DNA of 64,000 nucleotides from Bacteroidota bacterium (GCA_024280145.1 JAJRQR010000028.1:5734-69733), one strand, 5' to 3'. Positions 9,798 to 20,602 are shown, numbered from the stretch's first letter. Translations and numbers: made by a program. The notes: generated by a model from the letters alone, not told the origin.

Positions 9798-11141
9798 TTA
9801 CAAATGTCTTACTGCATTTTTGAATTGCCTTCCCCTATCTTCATAATCTTCAAACAAATCAAAACTTGCACAAGCAGGTGACAACAATACATTATCACCT
9901 CTTTTTGACAAACGATATGCAACCTGAACTGCATCTTCCATAGAATGCGTTTCCACTAAAATATCTACCACATTTCCAAAGGCTTTTACAATCTTATCGT
10001 TATCTACTCCCAAACAAATAATTGCCTTCACCTTTTCATTCACCAACGGAAACAACTCGCTATAATCATTGCCTTTATCAACCCCACCAACTATCCAAAC
10101 GGTAGGTGCTTCCATACTATCCAAAGCATAATAAGTTGCATTGACATTCGTTCCTTTGGAATCATTTATATAACGGACATTATTAATTTTCAGAACGTTT
10201 TCAAGTCGGTGTTCTACACCTTGAAAATTCTCCAAACTTTGACGAATGGTTTCCTTTCTTATACTTAATAATTTGGAAGCTGTTGAAGCTGCCATTGCGT
10301 TTTTAACGTTGTGTTGTCCTTGTAATCCTAGTTTTGTTATTGGCATAGTAAGTGGGTTGTTATCTATTTTTATTATTAGTTCATTGTTTTTTATATGAGC
10401 TCCTTTTTCCAATATTTTTGTTACTGAAAAAGGAAGTAATTGAGATTTAATGGTGTTTTTTGAAAGCCATTCCAAAATCATTTTATCATCAGCATCGTAA
10501 ATGAAATAATCCTCTTTGGTTTGATTCATAATAATTCTGAATTTCGAATCGATGTATTTTGAATAATCATTCTCATACCGATCCAAATGATCTGGAGAAA
10601 GGTTGGTTAAAATTGCAATATGTGGCGCAAAATTTTCAATTCCGTCCAACTGAAAACTACTCAACTCCCACACATATTCATCAAAATTTTCTGAAGCTAC
10701 TTGCATTGCAAAACTCTTTCCTATATTTCCTGCTAATGCCGCATTTTTACTGGCATCTTTTAAAATTTGATGCGTCATGGTCGCTACGGTTGTTTTGCCG
10801 TTACTTCCAGTGATACCAATGATTGTTGCATTTGTGAAAGCGAAAGCAAATTCAATTTCAGAAATCACTTTTATACCTTTCTCTTTCAACTGAAGTACAA
10901 TCGAAGCCGTTTCAGGAATCCCTGGGCTTTTCATTACTAAATCTGCTGAAAGAATTTCGGTTTCAGTATGGCCTTCTTCTTCCCATTTAATCTCATGATG
11001 TAAAAGAACTTGTTTGTACTTTTCTTTTATTTTTCCGAAATCTGAAACAAATACTTCAAATCCTTCTTTTTTTCCTAAAACAGCCGTTCCAACTCCGCTT
11101 TCGCCGGCTCCTAGTATTGCTATTTTTTGTTTTTTCTTCAA
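9798..11141 (-). CDS. murD: UDP-MurNAc-L-Ala--D-Glu ligase
   Basis: GSNGKTT, ELSSFQL, DHLDRY, NDSKGTN and LSPACASFD. Confidence 0.97.
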   Translation of the reverse strand: MKKKQKIAILGAGESGVGTAVLGKKEGFEVFVSDFGKIKEKYKQVLLHHEIKWEEEGHTETEILSADLVMKSPGIPETASIVLQLKEKGIKVISEIEFAFAFTNATIIGITGSNGKTTVATMTHQILKDASKNAALAGNIGKSFAMQVASENFDEYVWELSSFQLDGIENFAPHIAILTNLSPDHLDRYENDYSKYIDSKFRIIMNQTKEDYFIYDADDKMILEWLSKNTIKSQLLPFSVTKILEKGAHIKNNELIIKIDNNPLTMPITKLGLQGQHNVKNAMAASTASKLLSIRKETIRQSLENFQGVEHRLENVLKINNVRYINDSKGTNVNATYYALDSMEAPTVWIVGGVDKGNDYSELFPLVNEKVKAIICLGVDNDKIVKAFGNVVDILVETHSMEDAVQVAYRLSKRGDNVLLSPACASFDLFEDYEDRGRQFKNAVRHL

Positions 11142-11234
11142 ATTTATCTCCCGCAGATTTTGCTGATTTCCGCAGATTTTATTTTTATTCTCTTTACCTC
11201 TTCTCTTTATTCTTTACTCTCTACACTCATTCAA

Positions 11235-12467
11235 CTACCTAATCTTCAAAGTTGCTATCGTAAGGATTGCTAGAAAAATTCCTACAATCCAAAAACGAGT
11301 TACAATCTTACTTTCATGAAAACCACTTTTTTGATAATGATGATGTATAGGTGACATTTTAAATATCCGCCTTCCTTCTCCAAATTTTTTCTTGGTATAT
11401 TTAAACCAACCGACTTGCATTACAACCGATAAATTTTCAAACAAAAAGATGCCGCACAGAATAGGAATCAACCACTCTTTTCGGATGGCTATTGCGATTA
11501 CGGCAATGATTCCCCCAATAGTTAAACTTCCCGTATCTCCCATAAACACTTGAGCTGGGTAAGTATTATACCATAAAAACCCAATAAGTGCTCCAACAAA
11601 CGACATGATAAATATGGTAAGTTCACCTGTATTTGGGATGTACATTATATTGAGATAATCGGCAAAAATCACATTCCCCGATACCAACGCAAAAAGTGCC
11701 AATGTGATTCCAATAATTGCGGAAGTTCCCGCTGCTAGTCCATCAATTCCATCGGTGAGGTTAGCTCCGTTTGAAACTGCTGTGATTATAAATATCACGA
11801 TAGGAATAAAAATAAGCCACACATATTTTTTCGCTCCTTCTCCTGCCCAAGCAATTAAACTCTCGTAATTGAACTCGTTTTGCTTAACAAACGGAATTGT
11901 AGTTAATAGTGTTTTTTCTTCAGGATAAAATTCTGGAAGTCGATGTTGCGAAGAGTTTTCAATTGAATTAGTCGGATTTATTTTTTGACGCTTCACCGTA
12001 ATATCTTGGTGCAAATACATCGTTGCTCCTACAATTATTCCCAAACCAACTTGACCAATAACTTTAAATTTTCCCGAGAGTCCTTCTTTGTTCTTTTTAA
12101 AAACTTTAATATAATCGTCAATAAAACCAATAGCCCCCATCCAAACGGTAGTAACTAAAAGCAATATCACATAAATATTTTCTAATTTTGCAAATAGAAG
12201 TACAGGTACAATCGTTGCTAAAATTATAATTATTCCACCCATAGTTGGAGTTCCAGCTTTTTCGTTTTGTCCATCCAACCCTAAATCACGAACTGTTTCG
12301 CCTACTTGTTGCTTCCTTAAATAATTGATGATTTTCTTACCGAAAATAGTAGCTATTAATAATGAGAATATCACTGCCAAACCTGCTCTAAATGTGATAT
12401 ACTGAAATAACCCCGCGCCTGGAATGTGATAATTTTTTTCTAAAAAATCGAACAGATAATACAGCAT
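11235..12467 (-). CDS. mraY: Phospho-MurNAc-pentapeptide transferase
   Basis: [26 protein letters not shown] and PIHHHY. Confidence 0.97.
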   Translation of the reverse strand: MLYYLFDFLEKNYHIPGAGLFQYITFRAGLAVIFSLLIATIFGKKIINYLRKQQVGETVRDLGLDGQNEKAGTPTMGGIIIILATIVPVLLFAKLENIYVILLLVTTVWMGAIGFIDDYIKVFKKNKEGLSGKFKVIGQVGLGIIVGATMYLHQDITVKRQKINPTNSIENSSQHRLPEFYPEEKTLLTTIPFVKQNEFNYESLIAWAGEGAKKYVWLIFIPIVIFIITAVSNGANLTDGIDGLAAGTSAIIGITLALFALVSGNVIFADYLNIMYIPNTGELTIFIMSFVGALIGFLWYNTYPAQVFMGDTGSLTIGGIIAVIAIAIRKEWLIPILCGIFLFENLSVVMQVGWFKYTKKKFGEGRRIFKMSPIHHHYQKSGFHESKIVTRFWIVGIFLAILTIATLKIR

Positions 12468-12470
12468 ATA

Positions 12471-13934
12471 TTATTTATTTAGGGCGATTAATAATTCGTT
12501 AATAATTTTAAAATCATCGAAATCAAAGCGTTCTCCTTTAATTTCTTGATAGGTTTCATGTCCTTTTCCTGCAACCAAAATAATGTCACCATCATTTGCT
12601 AACTGACAAGCAGTTTTAATTGCTTGTTTTCGATCTGTTATGGACAAGGTTTTTTTATAATGCTCAGAAGGAACTCCTTCTTCTATTGCTTCAATAATTT
12701 TTTCTGGATTTTCACTTCTTGGGTTGTCGCTGGTAAATATCACTTTCGTACTTAATGTCGCTGCAATGTTTCCCATTTTTGGTCTTTTGGCCACATCTCT
12801 ATCACCTCCACATCCCACAACCGTAATGAGTTCTTCGTTTTTTGTTCGGATAGAATTAATTGTTTCCAGTACATTTTTCAAAGCATCTGGCGTATGTGCA
12901 TAATCCACAATTGCAGTTACTTTTTTTTCTGAAACCACATATTGAAAACGTCCATCTACACTTTCCAGAGTACTCATTAACTGAAGCGTTTCCGTAGTTT
13001 CTAAACCCAGCAATTCTGCTGTTCCGTAGATAGCTAATAAATTATAGGCATTGAAATTTCCGATGAGTTTTGTCCATAATTCTTGGTTGTTTATTTTCAA
13101 TAACAAACCATTGAATTGATTTTCTAAAATATGAGCTTTATAATCTGCCATCGACTTTAAAGCATAGGAATACTTTTTAGCTTTTGTATTTTGAAGCATC
13201 ACTTTCCCGTTTTTATCATCGGTATTTGTCAACGCAAAAGCAGACTTTGGAAGCTGATCAAAAAATAACTTTTTTACATCTCGATACTCAGCAAAATTGT
13301 TATGATAATCCAAATGATCGTGCGATAAATTGGTGAATATTCCGCCAGTAAAATGGAGTCCTTCAGTACGTTTTTGATGAATACCGTGCGAGCTAACTTC
13401 CATAAAACAAAAATCGACTCCTTCTTCCACCATTTCTCTTAAATAACGATTAATCGTCAATGAATCTGGAGTAGTGTGAGTAGCTTCGTATTTCTTTTCA
13501 TCTACCATTACTTTTACGGTAGAGAGCAATCCTACTTTGTATCCCGCTTTTTTAAATAACTGAAATAACAAAGAGGAAATCGTAGTTTTGCCGTTAGTCC
13601 CAGTAACTCCAACTAATTTTAATTCTTCGGAAGGATTTTCATAATAATTAGCAGCCATTATCGCTAAGGCCGAATGCGAATTATCAACTTGCACATAGGT
13701 TATTCCATTGACAATTTCTTTAGGAATAACTTCACAAATTATCGCCAATGCACCTTGCCTACAAGATTTTTCAATATAATCATGCCCATTAGAAAGCGTT
13801 CCATTTATCGCCACAAAAATATCGTTCAATCCTACCTTTCTAGAATCGAATTCTATATTCTGAATCGCCACAGAAGTATCCCCAATTACTTTGTTTATGG
13901 TTACTTTATACAATATGTCTTTAAGTAGCATCAC
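12471..13934 (-). CDS. murE: UDP-MurNAc-dipeptide--diaminopimelate ligase
   Basis: GTNGKTT, MEVSSH, DHLDYH, DYAHTPD and DNPR (meso-DAP type). Confidence 0.97.
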   Translation of the reverse strand: MMLLKDILYKVTINKVIGDTSVAIQNIEFDSRKVGLNDIFVAINGTLSNGHDYIEKSCRQGALAIICEVIPKEIVNGITYVQVDNSHSALAIMAANYYENPSEELKLVGVTGTNGKTTISSLLFQLFKKAGYKVGLLSTVKVMVDEKKYEATHTTPDSLTINRYLREMVEEGVDFCFMEVSSHGIHQKRTEGLHFTGGIFTNLSHDHLDYHNNFAEYRDVKKLFFDQLPKSAFALTNTDDKNGKVMLQNTKAKKYSYALKSMADYKAHILENQFNGLLLKINNQELWTKLIGNFNAYNLLAIYGTAELLGLETTETLQLMSTLESVDGRFQYVVSEKKVTAIVDYAHTPDALKNVLETINSIRTKNEELITVVGCGGDRDVAKRPKMGNIAATLSTKVIFTSDNPRSENPEKIIEAIEEGVPSEHYKKTLSITDRKQAIKTACQLANDGDIILVAGKGHETYQEIKGERFDFDDFKIINELLIALNK

Positions 13935-15931
13935 GATAAATTCAATGTTATTTGTTTTCCTTTTTCTAACTTTTCGCCAGAACTAAGAGATTGTTTTGAA
14001 ACGGTTCCGTTGCCAATTATTTTAACTTCTAAACCTAAATTTTCTAATAAAGAAACTGCGTCCATTCCTGCCATTCCGAGTACATTTGGAATGATAGAAA
14101 ATGTTTTTTGAGACGTATCATAATAGGTTTCGTAATCTGATTGGATGTTCTTTTCTATTTCATTTACATTATCCACTTCAGCAATAAGTGGAGAGTCGGT
14201 AAATATTTTTTGAGCAATCCTTTTAAACACAGGTCCCGAAACATCTGCTCCATAATAACCTACATTCAAATCGGGTTTATGAATTACAACGATGCAAGAA
14301 TATTTAGGGTTTTCAGCAGGAAAATAACCTGCAAACGAAGAGATATATCGTTTGTTTTCTTTCCAATCTGCCATCCAATATTCGGTTTGTGCTGTTCCTG
14401 TTTTTCCTGCCATTGAAAAATATGGCGAGTACAGTTTTTTTCCGGTTCCTCTTATGACAATGTTTTTTAAAATATCTTGAATTTCTGAAATAGTTTCTTC
14501 CGAAGCAATTTTAGGGTCAGTAATTATTTTATCGAAGGTTACAATAGGTTCATTCCAAGCCCGAACTTCTCTTATAAATCTTGGTTTTACCATCACTCCA
14601 TTATTTGCAATAGCATTATAAAAATTTAATACTTGTAATGGAGTAAGATTCAGGTTATAGCCATAAGCCATTGATGGCAGTGCATTTTTACTCCATTTAT
14701 GATGTCCAGGTTCAGAAATCATTGGTTTTCCTTCTCCTTTTATTGCAATCCCAATGGAATCTGCCAAATGAAAGCTTTTAATCCTTTCGATAAATTCTTG
14801 TGGATTATCACGATAACCTTCATCTATAATAGTTGCTAAGCCAATATTAGAAGAAACTTCCAATGCTTTCGCTGCTGAAATTTTTCCATAACCTCCGTGA
14901 TGTGAATCTGAAATTCTTTTTTTATAAAAATACTTTACTCCGTTTTTTGTATCAACAATGGTGCTTGTATCAATTTTTTTATCTTCCAAAGCAGCCATAA
15001 ATGCAGCAACTTTAAAAGTTGAGCCTGGTTCGTGAGATTCGCCAATGGCGTAATTTAATTTTTCGTAATAAGTACCTCTGCTAGTTCGACCTAAATTTGC
15101 AACGGCTTTAATTTCACCAGTTGCTACTTCCATCACGATAACACTTCCGTGTTCTGCATTATAAATTTCCAATTGTTTTAATAATGCGTGATGCGCAATA
15201 TCTTGGATATTTACATTAATGGTTGTAATGATATCGTAGCCATCCAAAGGTTCTACTTCGTTTTCATCAAAGACTGGTTTCCATTGTCCTTTGGCAATTT
15301 TTTGCTTTAAACGATGTCCTGATTTTCCTTTTAAATATTCATTATAAGCTCCTTCAAATCCAACTTCATAATATCCAGGTTTTCCACTAACCTCATTCCC
15401 TACCAGACGTTCTGCAATTTTCCCGATTGGGTGTTCTCTAACGGTTCGTTGTTCTACAATTAACCCTCCTTTATAAGGTCCTAATTTTAATAATGGAAAG
15501 TTTTTTACTTTAATAAATTCCGTATAACCTAAATTTTTAGCAACCAACATATATCTGTTCTTATTGGTTCTAGCTTTTTTAAATTTTGTTTGATAATAAG
15601 AAGCAGATTTGCCAAACATTGCACTCAATTCTTTTGCTAAAGAAGGAAGATGTTCTTTGAATGTAGCGTCTTTAACAGTAACTGCATCAAAACGAATTTC
15701 ATATTTTGGAACTGAAGTCGCTAATAAACTACCATCATCAGCATATATATTTCCACGACTTGATTGGATTACCCAATTTTTAACGGTATCCTTTTTTGCT
15801 AACTCACGGTATTTATCACCTTCAACAAATTGGATGTTAATTATTTTAATAGCAATAAGTATCGCAAAGATTAACATACCTCCTGCGACAAAATATAAGC
15901 GGTTTAATATGTTTTTTTCTTCAATTGGCAC
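13931..15931 (-). CDS. ftsI: Division penicillin-binding protein FtsI with PASTA domain
   Basis: EPGSTFK (SxxK), SSN and KTGTAQ; C-terminal IPNVLGM PASTA domain. Confidence 0.95.
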   Translation of the reverse strand: MPIEEKNILNRLYFVAGGMLIFAILIAIKIINIQFVEGDKYRELAKKDTVKNWVIQSSRGNIYADDGSLLATSVPKYEIRFDAVTVKDATFKEHLPSLAKELSAMFGKSASYYQTKFKKARTNKNRYMLVAKNLGYTEFIKVKNFPLLKLGPYKGGLIVEQRTVREHPIGKIAERLVGNEVSGKPGYYEVGFEGAYNEYLKGKSGHRLKQKIAKGQWKPVFDENEVEPLDGYDIITTINVNIQDIAHHALLKQLEIYNAEHGSVIVMEVATGEIKAVANLGRTSRGTYYEKLNYAIGESHEPGSTFKVAAFMAALEDKKIDTSTIVDTKNGVKYFYKKRISDSHHGGYGKISAAKALEVSSNIGLATIIDEGYRDNPQEFIERIKSFHLADSIGIAIKGEGKPMISEPGHHKWSKNALPSMAYGYNLNLTPLQVLNFYNAIANNGVMVKPRFIREVRAWNEPIVTFDKIITDPKIASEETISEIQDILKNIVIRGTGKKLYSPYFSMAGKTGTAQTEYWMADWKENKRYISSFAGYFPAENPKYSCIVVIHKPDLNVGYYGADVSGPVFKRIAQKIFTDSPLIAEVDNVNEIEKNIQSDYETYYDTSQKTFSIIPNVLGMAGMDAVSLLENLGLEVKIIGNGTVSKQSLSSGEKLEKGKQITLNLS

Positions 15932-15935
15932 CGCG

Positions 15936-16253
15936 CTACTTTTTTGTGGTTATTATTATTTTTTGTGGCGGTGTTTCAGAAGGACTTAAACCTCGTTTTG
16001 CCATCGCCGCTATTATTTTGCTTTCCATTTTCGCTTGCATTAAAATCATCCTAACATCTACATATTCACTTTTAACTTCCTTTACTTCATTATTTAATTG
16101 GGCAATTCTGTGTACTTTTTTATCTGCTCTATGTGAACTCGCAATCATAACCAATGCTAATACCGAAAGAAATATGATAAATCGCCAGTTTTTAAAAGCA
16201 TCATCGCTTATTAGAAATTTCCCCTTTAATATGTTGTAAATACTTTTTTTCAT
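15936..16253 (-). CDS. ftsL: FtsL-like cell division protein
   Basis: Small TM plus coiled-coil protein between rsmH and ftsI. Confidence 0.85.
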   Translation of the reverse strand: MKKSIYNILKGKFLISDDAFKNWRFIIFLSVLALVMIASSHRADKKVHRIAQLNNEVKEVKSEYVDVRMILMQAKMESKIIAAMAKRGLSPSETPPQKIIITTKK

Positions 16254-16279
16254 CTATACCGCTAAGGCGAGTATTTTAT

Positions 16280-17176
16280 TTATAATTTTTCAGCAACCCG
16301 AAGCTTTGCACTTCTAGCTCTGTTGTTAATTTTTATTTCTTCTGCTGAAGGAATCACGAACTTTCCAATTCTTTTAAATGGAACTTCGGATCTTCCAAAA
16401 ACATCTTTTTCTGGTTCGCCTTCAAAAAGTCCGTTTCGCATAAAACGCTTTACCAATCTATCTTCCAATGAATGATAAGAAAGCAGACTCAATCTACCTC
16501 CCGATTTTAAAACTTCTTCTGATTGAATTAAAAACTCCTTTAGCGCTTCAATTTCTTGATTTACCTCGATGCGAATTGCTTGATAAACCTGAGCTAAAAT
16601 TTTATGTTCTCTGTGGGTTGGCAAAAACCTTCCCAAGGCTTTTTTTAATTGATCGCTAGAAACTATTTTTTCTTGCTGTCTTGCTTCAACAATAATTCTA
16701 GCCATTCCCGAAGATGCTCTTAATTCGCCATATTGTGACAAAACCGATTTCAATTTTTCTTCAGGATATTTATTAATTACATCGTAAGCTGAAAAATTTG
16801 AATCTTGATTCATTCGCATATCCAAGTCGGCTTCAAAGCGAGTTGAGAACCCTCTTTCGGCAACATCAAATTGATGTGATGACACTCCAAAGTCTCCTAA
16901 AATTCCGTCTACTTCTTTAATTCCATGAAAACGTAAAAAACGTTTTAGATATCTGAAATTTTCATTGATTAATAAAAACCTTGGATCGTCAATTTTATTT
17001 TGAAGTGCATCTTTGTCTTGATCAAAAGCAATCAGTCTTCCATTTTCTCCCAACCTCTTAATAATTTCTCGCGAGTGCCCTCCACCGCCAAAAGTTACAT
17101 CCACATAAACCCCGTTGGGCTGGATGTTTAGACCATCAACTGTTTCGGTTAATAATACTGGGTTATGATATTCCAT
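16280..17176 (-). CDS. rsmH: 16S rRNA C1402 N4-methyltransferase
   Basis: YHNPVLL, DVTFGGGGHS, DFGVSSHQ and NNRARSAKLR. Start placed at ATG 17176 (MEYHNPV). Confidence 0.96.
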   Translation of the reverse strand: MEYHNPVLLTETVDGLNIQPNGVYVDVTFGGGGHSREIIKRLGENGRLIAFDQDKDALQNKIDDPRFLLINENFRYLKRFLRFHGIKEVDGILGDFGVSSHQFDVAERGFSTRFEADLDMRMNQDSNFSAYDVINKYPEEKLKSVLSQYGELRASSGMARIIVEARQQEKIVSSDQLKKALGRFLPTHREHKILAQVYQAIRIEVNQEIEALKEFLIQSEEVLKSGGRLSLLSYHSLEDRLVKRFMRNGLFEGEPEKDVFGRSEVPFKRIGKFVIPSAEEIKINNRARSAKLRVAEKL

Positions 17177-17636
17177 TATCTGCATCACTTTCATCTCCCA
17201 TTACTTCCTCAGCCAAATCTGCAAAATCACTGGCTGCATCATTAATAGCTTGTTCGTATTTATTTTTATCCCAGATTTCAACAATATTTATTGCTGAAGA
17301 AATCACTATTTCTTTTTCAATTCCAGCAAAAGAGGTAAGATCTTTCGGAATTAACAATCTTCCCGCTGCGTCCATCTCAACCGTTTTAACTCCTGCGGTA
17401 AATCTTCTAATAAAATCGTTGTTCTTACGGTTGAAACGATTCAACTTGCCCATTTTCTCCATCAACAAATGCCATTCTTCCATTGGATACAACTCCAAAC
17501 AAGGTTGAAAAACTGCTCGTTTAATCACAAAACCGCTTGCCGAAACGGGAGCTAACTGCTTTTTTAAAGCCGTAGGCACCATCATTCGCCCTTTGACGTC
17601 TGCTTTGCACTCGTATGTCCCAATTAAGTTGAGCAT
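17163..17636 (-). CDS. mraZ: Division/cell-wall cluster repressor MraZ
   Basis: Two DxxGR repeats (DVKGRMMVP, DAAGRLLIP); first gene of the dcw cluster. Confidence 0.96.
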   Translation of the reverse strand: MLNLIGTYECKADVKGRMMVPTALKKQLAPVSASGFVIKRAVFQPCLELYPMEEWHLLMEKMGKLNRFNRKNNDFIRRFTAGVKTVEMDAAGRLLIPKDLTSFAGIEKEIVISSAINIVEIWDKNKYEQAINDAASDFADLAEEVMGDESDADNGIS

Positions 17637-17664
17637 TGTGATTTGAATTGAAAATTTCTTGTTT

Positions 17665-17728
17665 CAAATATATAGAAGTTTTACCACTTTTTACCACTAA
17701 TTACCACATTGTTAATAAGTTTTACCAC
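17665..17728 (-). promoter_or_regulatory. dcw promoter with MraZ-type direct repeats
   Basis: TATATTTG at 17665-17672. GTGGTAA (TTACCAC on +) starts at 17681, 17691, 17701 and 17722. Confidence 0.8.
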
Positions 17729-17802
17729 TTTATAAGTGTATTGGTTTATAATTTTGACAATCAGGCTCTTAAATTTTATTGAAAGTTGAAAATAAAATTG
17801 CG

Positions 17803-17810
17803 TACTTTTG
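17803..17810 (+). promoter_or_regulatory. Sigma-A -7 element
   Basis: TACTTTTG followed by C, upstream of ATG 17834. Confidence 0.6.
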
Positions 17811-17833
17811 CTAATACAAACGACCAACCTAGT

Positions 17834-18598
17834 ATGATTCATAAGCTAAAAAAAGAAGGGAAATTCAATTATATTGACACAGGAGAAGGCACTCCAATTA
17901 TTATACTTCATGGACTTATGGGTGGACTTAGTAATTTTGATGGTGTTACTAATTTTTTTCCAGATAAAGGGTATCGGATTCTACTTCCTGAATTGCCTAT
18001 TTATAAAATGTCAATTCTGAAAACCAATGTGAAGAATTTTGCAAAATACGTGAATGATTTTATCAATCATATGGGTTTTAAAGAAGTGATTTTAGTTGGA
18101 AATTCTTTGGGCGGTCATATTGGTTTGTATTACACAAAGACATTCCCTGAAAAAGTCAAATCACTGGTAATTACCGGAAGTTCTGGACTTTACGAAAGCG
18201 CTATGGGAGGATCTTTTCCGAAACGAGGAAGTTACGAATATGTAAAACAAAAAGCAGAAGATGTTTTTTACGACCCAAAAGTAGCTACCAAAGAATTGGT
18301 GGATGAAGTGTTTGAATCTATCAACGATCGCAACAAACTTATTAGAACTTTAGCCATAGCTAAAAGTGCTATACGGCATAATATGGCGAAAGATTTGCCT
18401 AAAATGAAAACACCCACTTGTATTATTTGGGGTAAAAATGATAAAGTTACTCCTCCAGAGGTAGCAGTAGAATTTAACGAGTTATTACCCGATTCTGAAT
18501 TATTTTGGATTGAAAAATGTGGTCATGCCGCAATGATGGAGCATCCTGATAAGTTTAACGAATTACTTTATTCTTGGCTTCAGAAGCGAGGGTTATAA
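17834..18598 (+). CDS. Alpha/beta-fold hydrolase
   Basis: LHGLMG, GNSLGG nucleophile elbow, WGKND and CGHAAM. Start moved to ATG 17834, downstream of the -7 element. Confidence 0.9.
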   Translation: MIHKLKKEGKFNYIDTGEGTPIIILHGLMGGLSNFDGVTNFFPDKGYRILLPELPIYKMSILKTNVKNFAKYVNDFINHMGFKEVILVGNSLGGHIGLYYTKTFPEKVKSLVITGSSGLYESAMGGSFPKRGSYEYVKQKAEDVFYDPKVATKELVDEVFESINDRNKLIRTLAIAKSAIRHNMAKDLPKMKTPTCIIWGKNDKVTPPEVAVEFNELLPDSELFWIEKCGHAAMMEHPDKFNELLYSWLQKRGL

Positions 18599-18671
18599 AA
18601 CAACCTTAAGAATACAAGATCAACAAAAAGAATTATTACTAAAAAGTGTACCGCTCTCGCGGAAATTACTA

Positions 18672-19271
18672 ATGAAAATAAAATCGGCAGAATTTGTAGT
18701 CAGCAATAGTGATGTTGCTAAATGTCCCAAAGAAAAACTTCATGAGTATGCTTTTATTGGCAGATCTAATGTGGGAAAGTCATCATTAATTAACATGCTG
18801 ATGCAACGTAAAAGTTTAGCAAAAACTTCAGGAAGGCCAGGAAAAACACAACTTATCAATCATTTTTTAATTAATAAAAATTGGTTTTTGGTAGATTTAC
18901 CAGGCTATGGTTATGCTAAAGTTTCTAAAAGCAGTAAGCGAGTATTTCAGAAATTTATCACTCAATATTTTGCAGAACGTGAACAATTAGTGTTGGCGTT
19001 TGTTTTAATTGATTCCCGTCACGAACCTCAAAAAGTAGATTTAGAATTTATGCAATGGATGGGCGAAAATGGAGTTCCATTTTGTATTGTTTTTACCAAA
19101 CAGGACAAAGTGAAACCAAATGCTTTACTACGAAATATTGAAACCTATCGTCAAAAAATGTTAGCAACGTGGGAAGAAATGCCAAGATACTTTGTAACCT
19201 CATCAAGTAACAGTACTGGACGAGAAGAGCTTTTAAAATATATAGGCGAGGTAAATGTGGAAATGGATTAA
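18672..19271 (+). CDS. engB: Ribosome biogenesis GTPase YihA/EngB
   Basis: GRSNVGKSS, PGKTQ, DLPGYGYA and TKQDK. Confidence 0.96.
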   Translation: MKIKSAEFVVSNSDVAKCPKEKLHEYAFIGRSNVGKSSLINMLMQRKSLAKTSGRPGKTQLINHFLINKNWFLVDLPGYGYAKVSKSSKRVFQKFITQYFAEREQLVLAFVLIDSRHEPQKVDLEFMQWMGENGVPFCIVFTKQDKVKPNALLRNIETYRQKMLATWEEMPRYFVTSSSNSTGREELLKYIGEVNVEMD

Positions 19272-19310
19272 CCTTCCTCTTTTATACCAATTATCTATTA
19301 AGTATTTTAA

Positions 19311-19652
19311 CTACTCTCCTCTTTTAATTTCTAACTTCTCTGCGAAATACTCACAGAAATCACGCATAGTGGCACTCATTTTTGTATCATTAGTAGCACG
19401 CTCAAAAGTATCTGACATTGCCGTTAAGGTTTGGTGAAAAAATATTTTCATTTCGTCTAAAGGCATATCTTTTGTCCATAAATCTATGCGCAATGCTTCT
19501 TTCGCTTTATGATCCCAAACCGACATAAATATGGCTTTGGACTCCATATTTTCTATCCCACCATCTTTTGCTGACCAGTGAAGTTTTTCTGGAATTTTAT
19601 TTTCGTCTAAAGTTACGTTTACGGTGATATCTGAGTTGTGTTTCTTAGTCAT
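19311..19652 (-). CDS. gldC: Gliding motility protein GldC
   Basis: LDENKIPEKLHWSA and RIDLWTKDMP; directly after gldB. Confidence 0.93.
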   Translation of the reverse strand: MTKKHNSDITVNVTLDENKIPEKLHWSAKDGGIENMESKAIFMSVWDHKAKEALRIDLWTKDMPLDEMKIFFHQTLTAMSDTFERATNDTKMSATMRDFCEYFAEKLEIKRGE

Positions 19653-20602
19653 TATTTCTTCGGTTTGTATTTTGATTTATTAAATATTTCTTCTTCACTT
19701 AATGTCAATAGTTCTTCTAAAGTATTATTTTTTATAAAAGATCGAACAATTTGCCAACCCAAATAACGACCTATCATTCCTGGTGAGTCATTATCAATTT
19801 CCAAATAAAATTTTGAAAATGGTGCAGGGCTTATAAATCGCGAAACTAATTTTGGATTGGTGCTAAATAAAAATTCGTTTTCTACAAAGTTCCTCCAGAT
19901 TTCGATTTCGTTTTCTTGAGCCCAAATTAATTGTTCTTTTGAATAGCCTATCTTTTCATTATTAAGCACCTCAGGTAACCACAAATCTTTTAAATAAAGG
20001 ATTCTTCCATAGTATATCATTTGAGCAAGAAATGCTCTACTCTTTATTTTTGGAGTATATTTTTGAGCATAAACAGATGCTACATCAGAAATAATTTGGG
20101 ATTCCTTCATGTTTTCAACAACATAATTTGGAATTCCTTGGTAGAAAAAATGTTCGCTTCCGAGGTAGGTATCTAACTTAATTACCAGCAAACTATCTGC
20201 TAAAATTATCTTGTCTCTGTAATCCACATCCGAAGTAGTCGTAATTACCAATGGAGTGTTGAAACTCGGAAAATAAAAGTCAATATGTTTGAAAAGACTT
20301 TCTAATTCGTTTTTTAATTTTTCTTCTGAAGGGTATTTTTTTATAACCTCAGCATATAGCTGTTGTTGTAGCGTATCTTGCATTTTAGCAACCCAAATAC
20401 TATCGTTGTACTGCTTCGGAAAAAATGCTGGAAATTTTCTTTTTAATTCAGGTAATTCTTCAACTTTAGCAGTTCCAAATTCTTTATCGAAACGCACTAT
20501 TTCAATATCTATCGGGATTTTTTTAATTTCCTTCTCCACATCACTTTTTGAGTTACAAGCAAATAGAGAAGCCATTAAAATTAATAGGAAAACTTTTTTC
20601 AT
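19652..20602 (-). CDS. gldB: Gliding motility lipoprotein GldB
   Basis: Lipobox LFAC, IVRFD, PAPFSKFY and SPGMIGRYLGWQIV. Confidence 0.92.
   Translation of the reverse strand: MKKVFLLILMASLFACNSKSDVEKEIKKIPIDIEIVRFDKEFGTAKVEELPELKRKFPAFFPKQYNDSIWVAKMQDTLQQQLYAEVIKKYPSEEKLKNELESLFKHIDFYFPSFNTPLVITTTSDVDYRDKIILADSLLVIKLDTYLGSEHFFYQGIPNYVVENMKESQIISDVASVYAQKYTPKIKSRAFLAQMIYYGRILYLKDLWLPEVLNNEKIGYSKEQLIWAQENEIEIWRNFVENEFLFSTNPKLVSRFISPAPFSKFYLEIDNDSPGMIGRYLGWQIVRSFIKNNTLEELLTLSEEEIFNKSKYKPKK

Noticed and set aside
1897-17636. Absence of murF, murB and ddl from the dcw cluster
   Set aside because: Usual arrangement in Bacteroidota; these genes are normally elsewhere.
17681-17728. Short repeats as a possible CRISPR array
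   Set aside because: 7-bp units with 3-bp gaps and no cas genes; better explained as MraZ boxes. No CRISPR-like repeat-spacer pattern was seen elsewhere.
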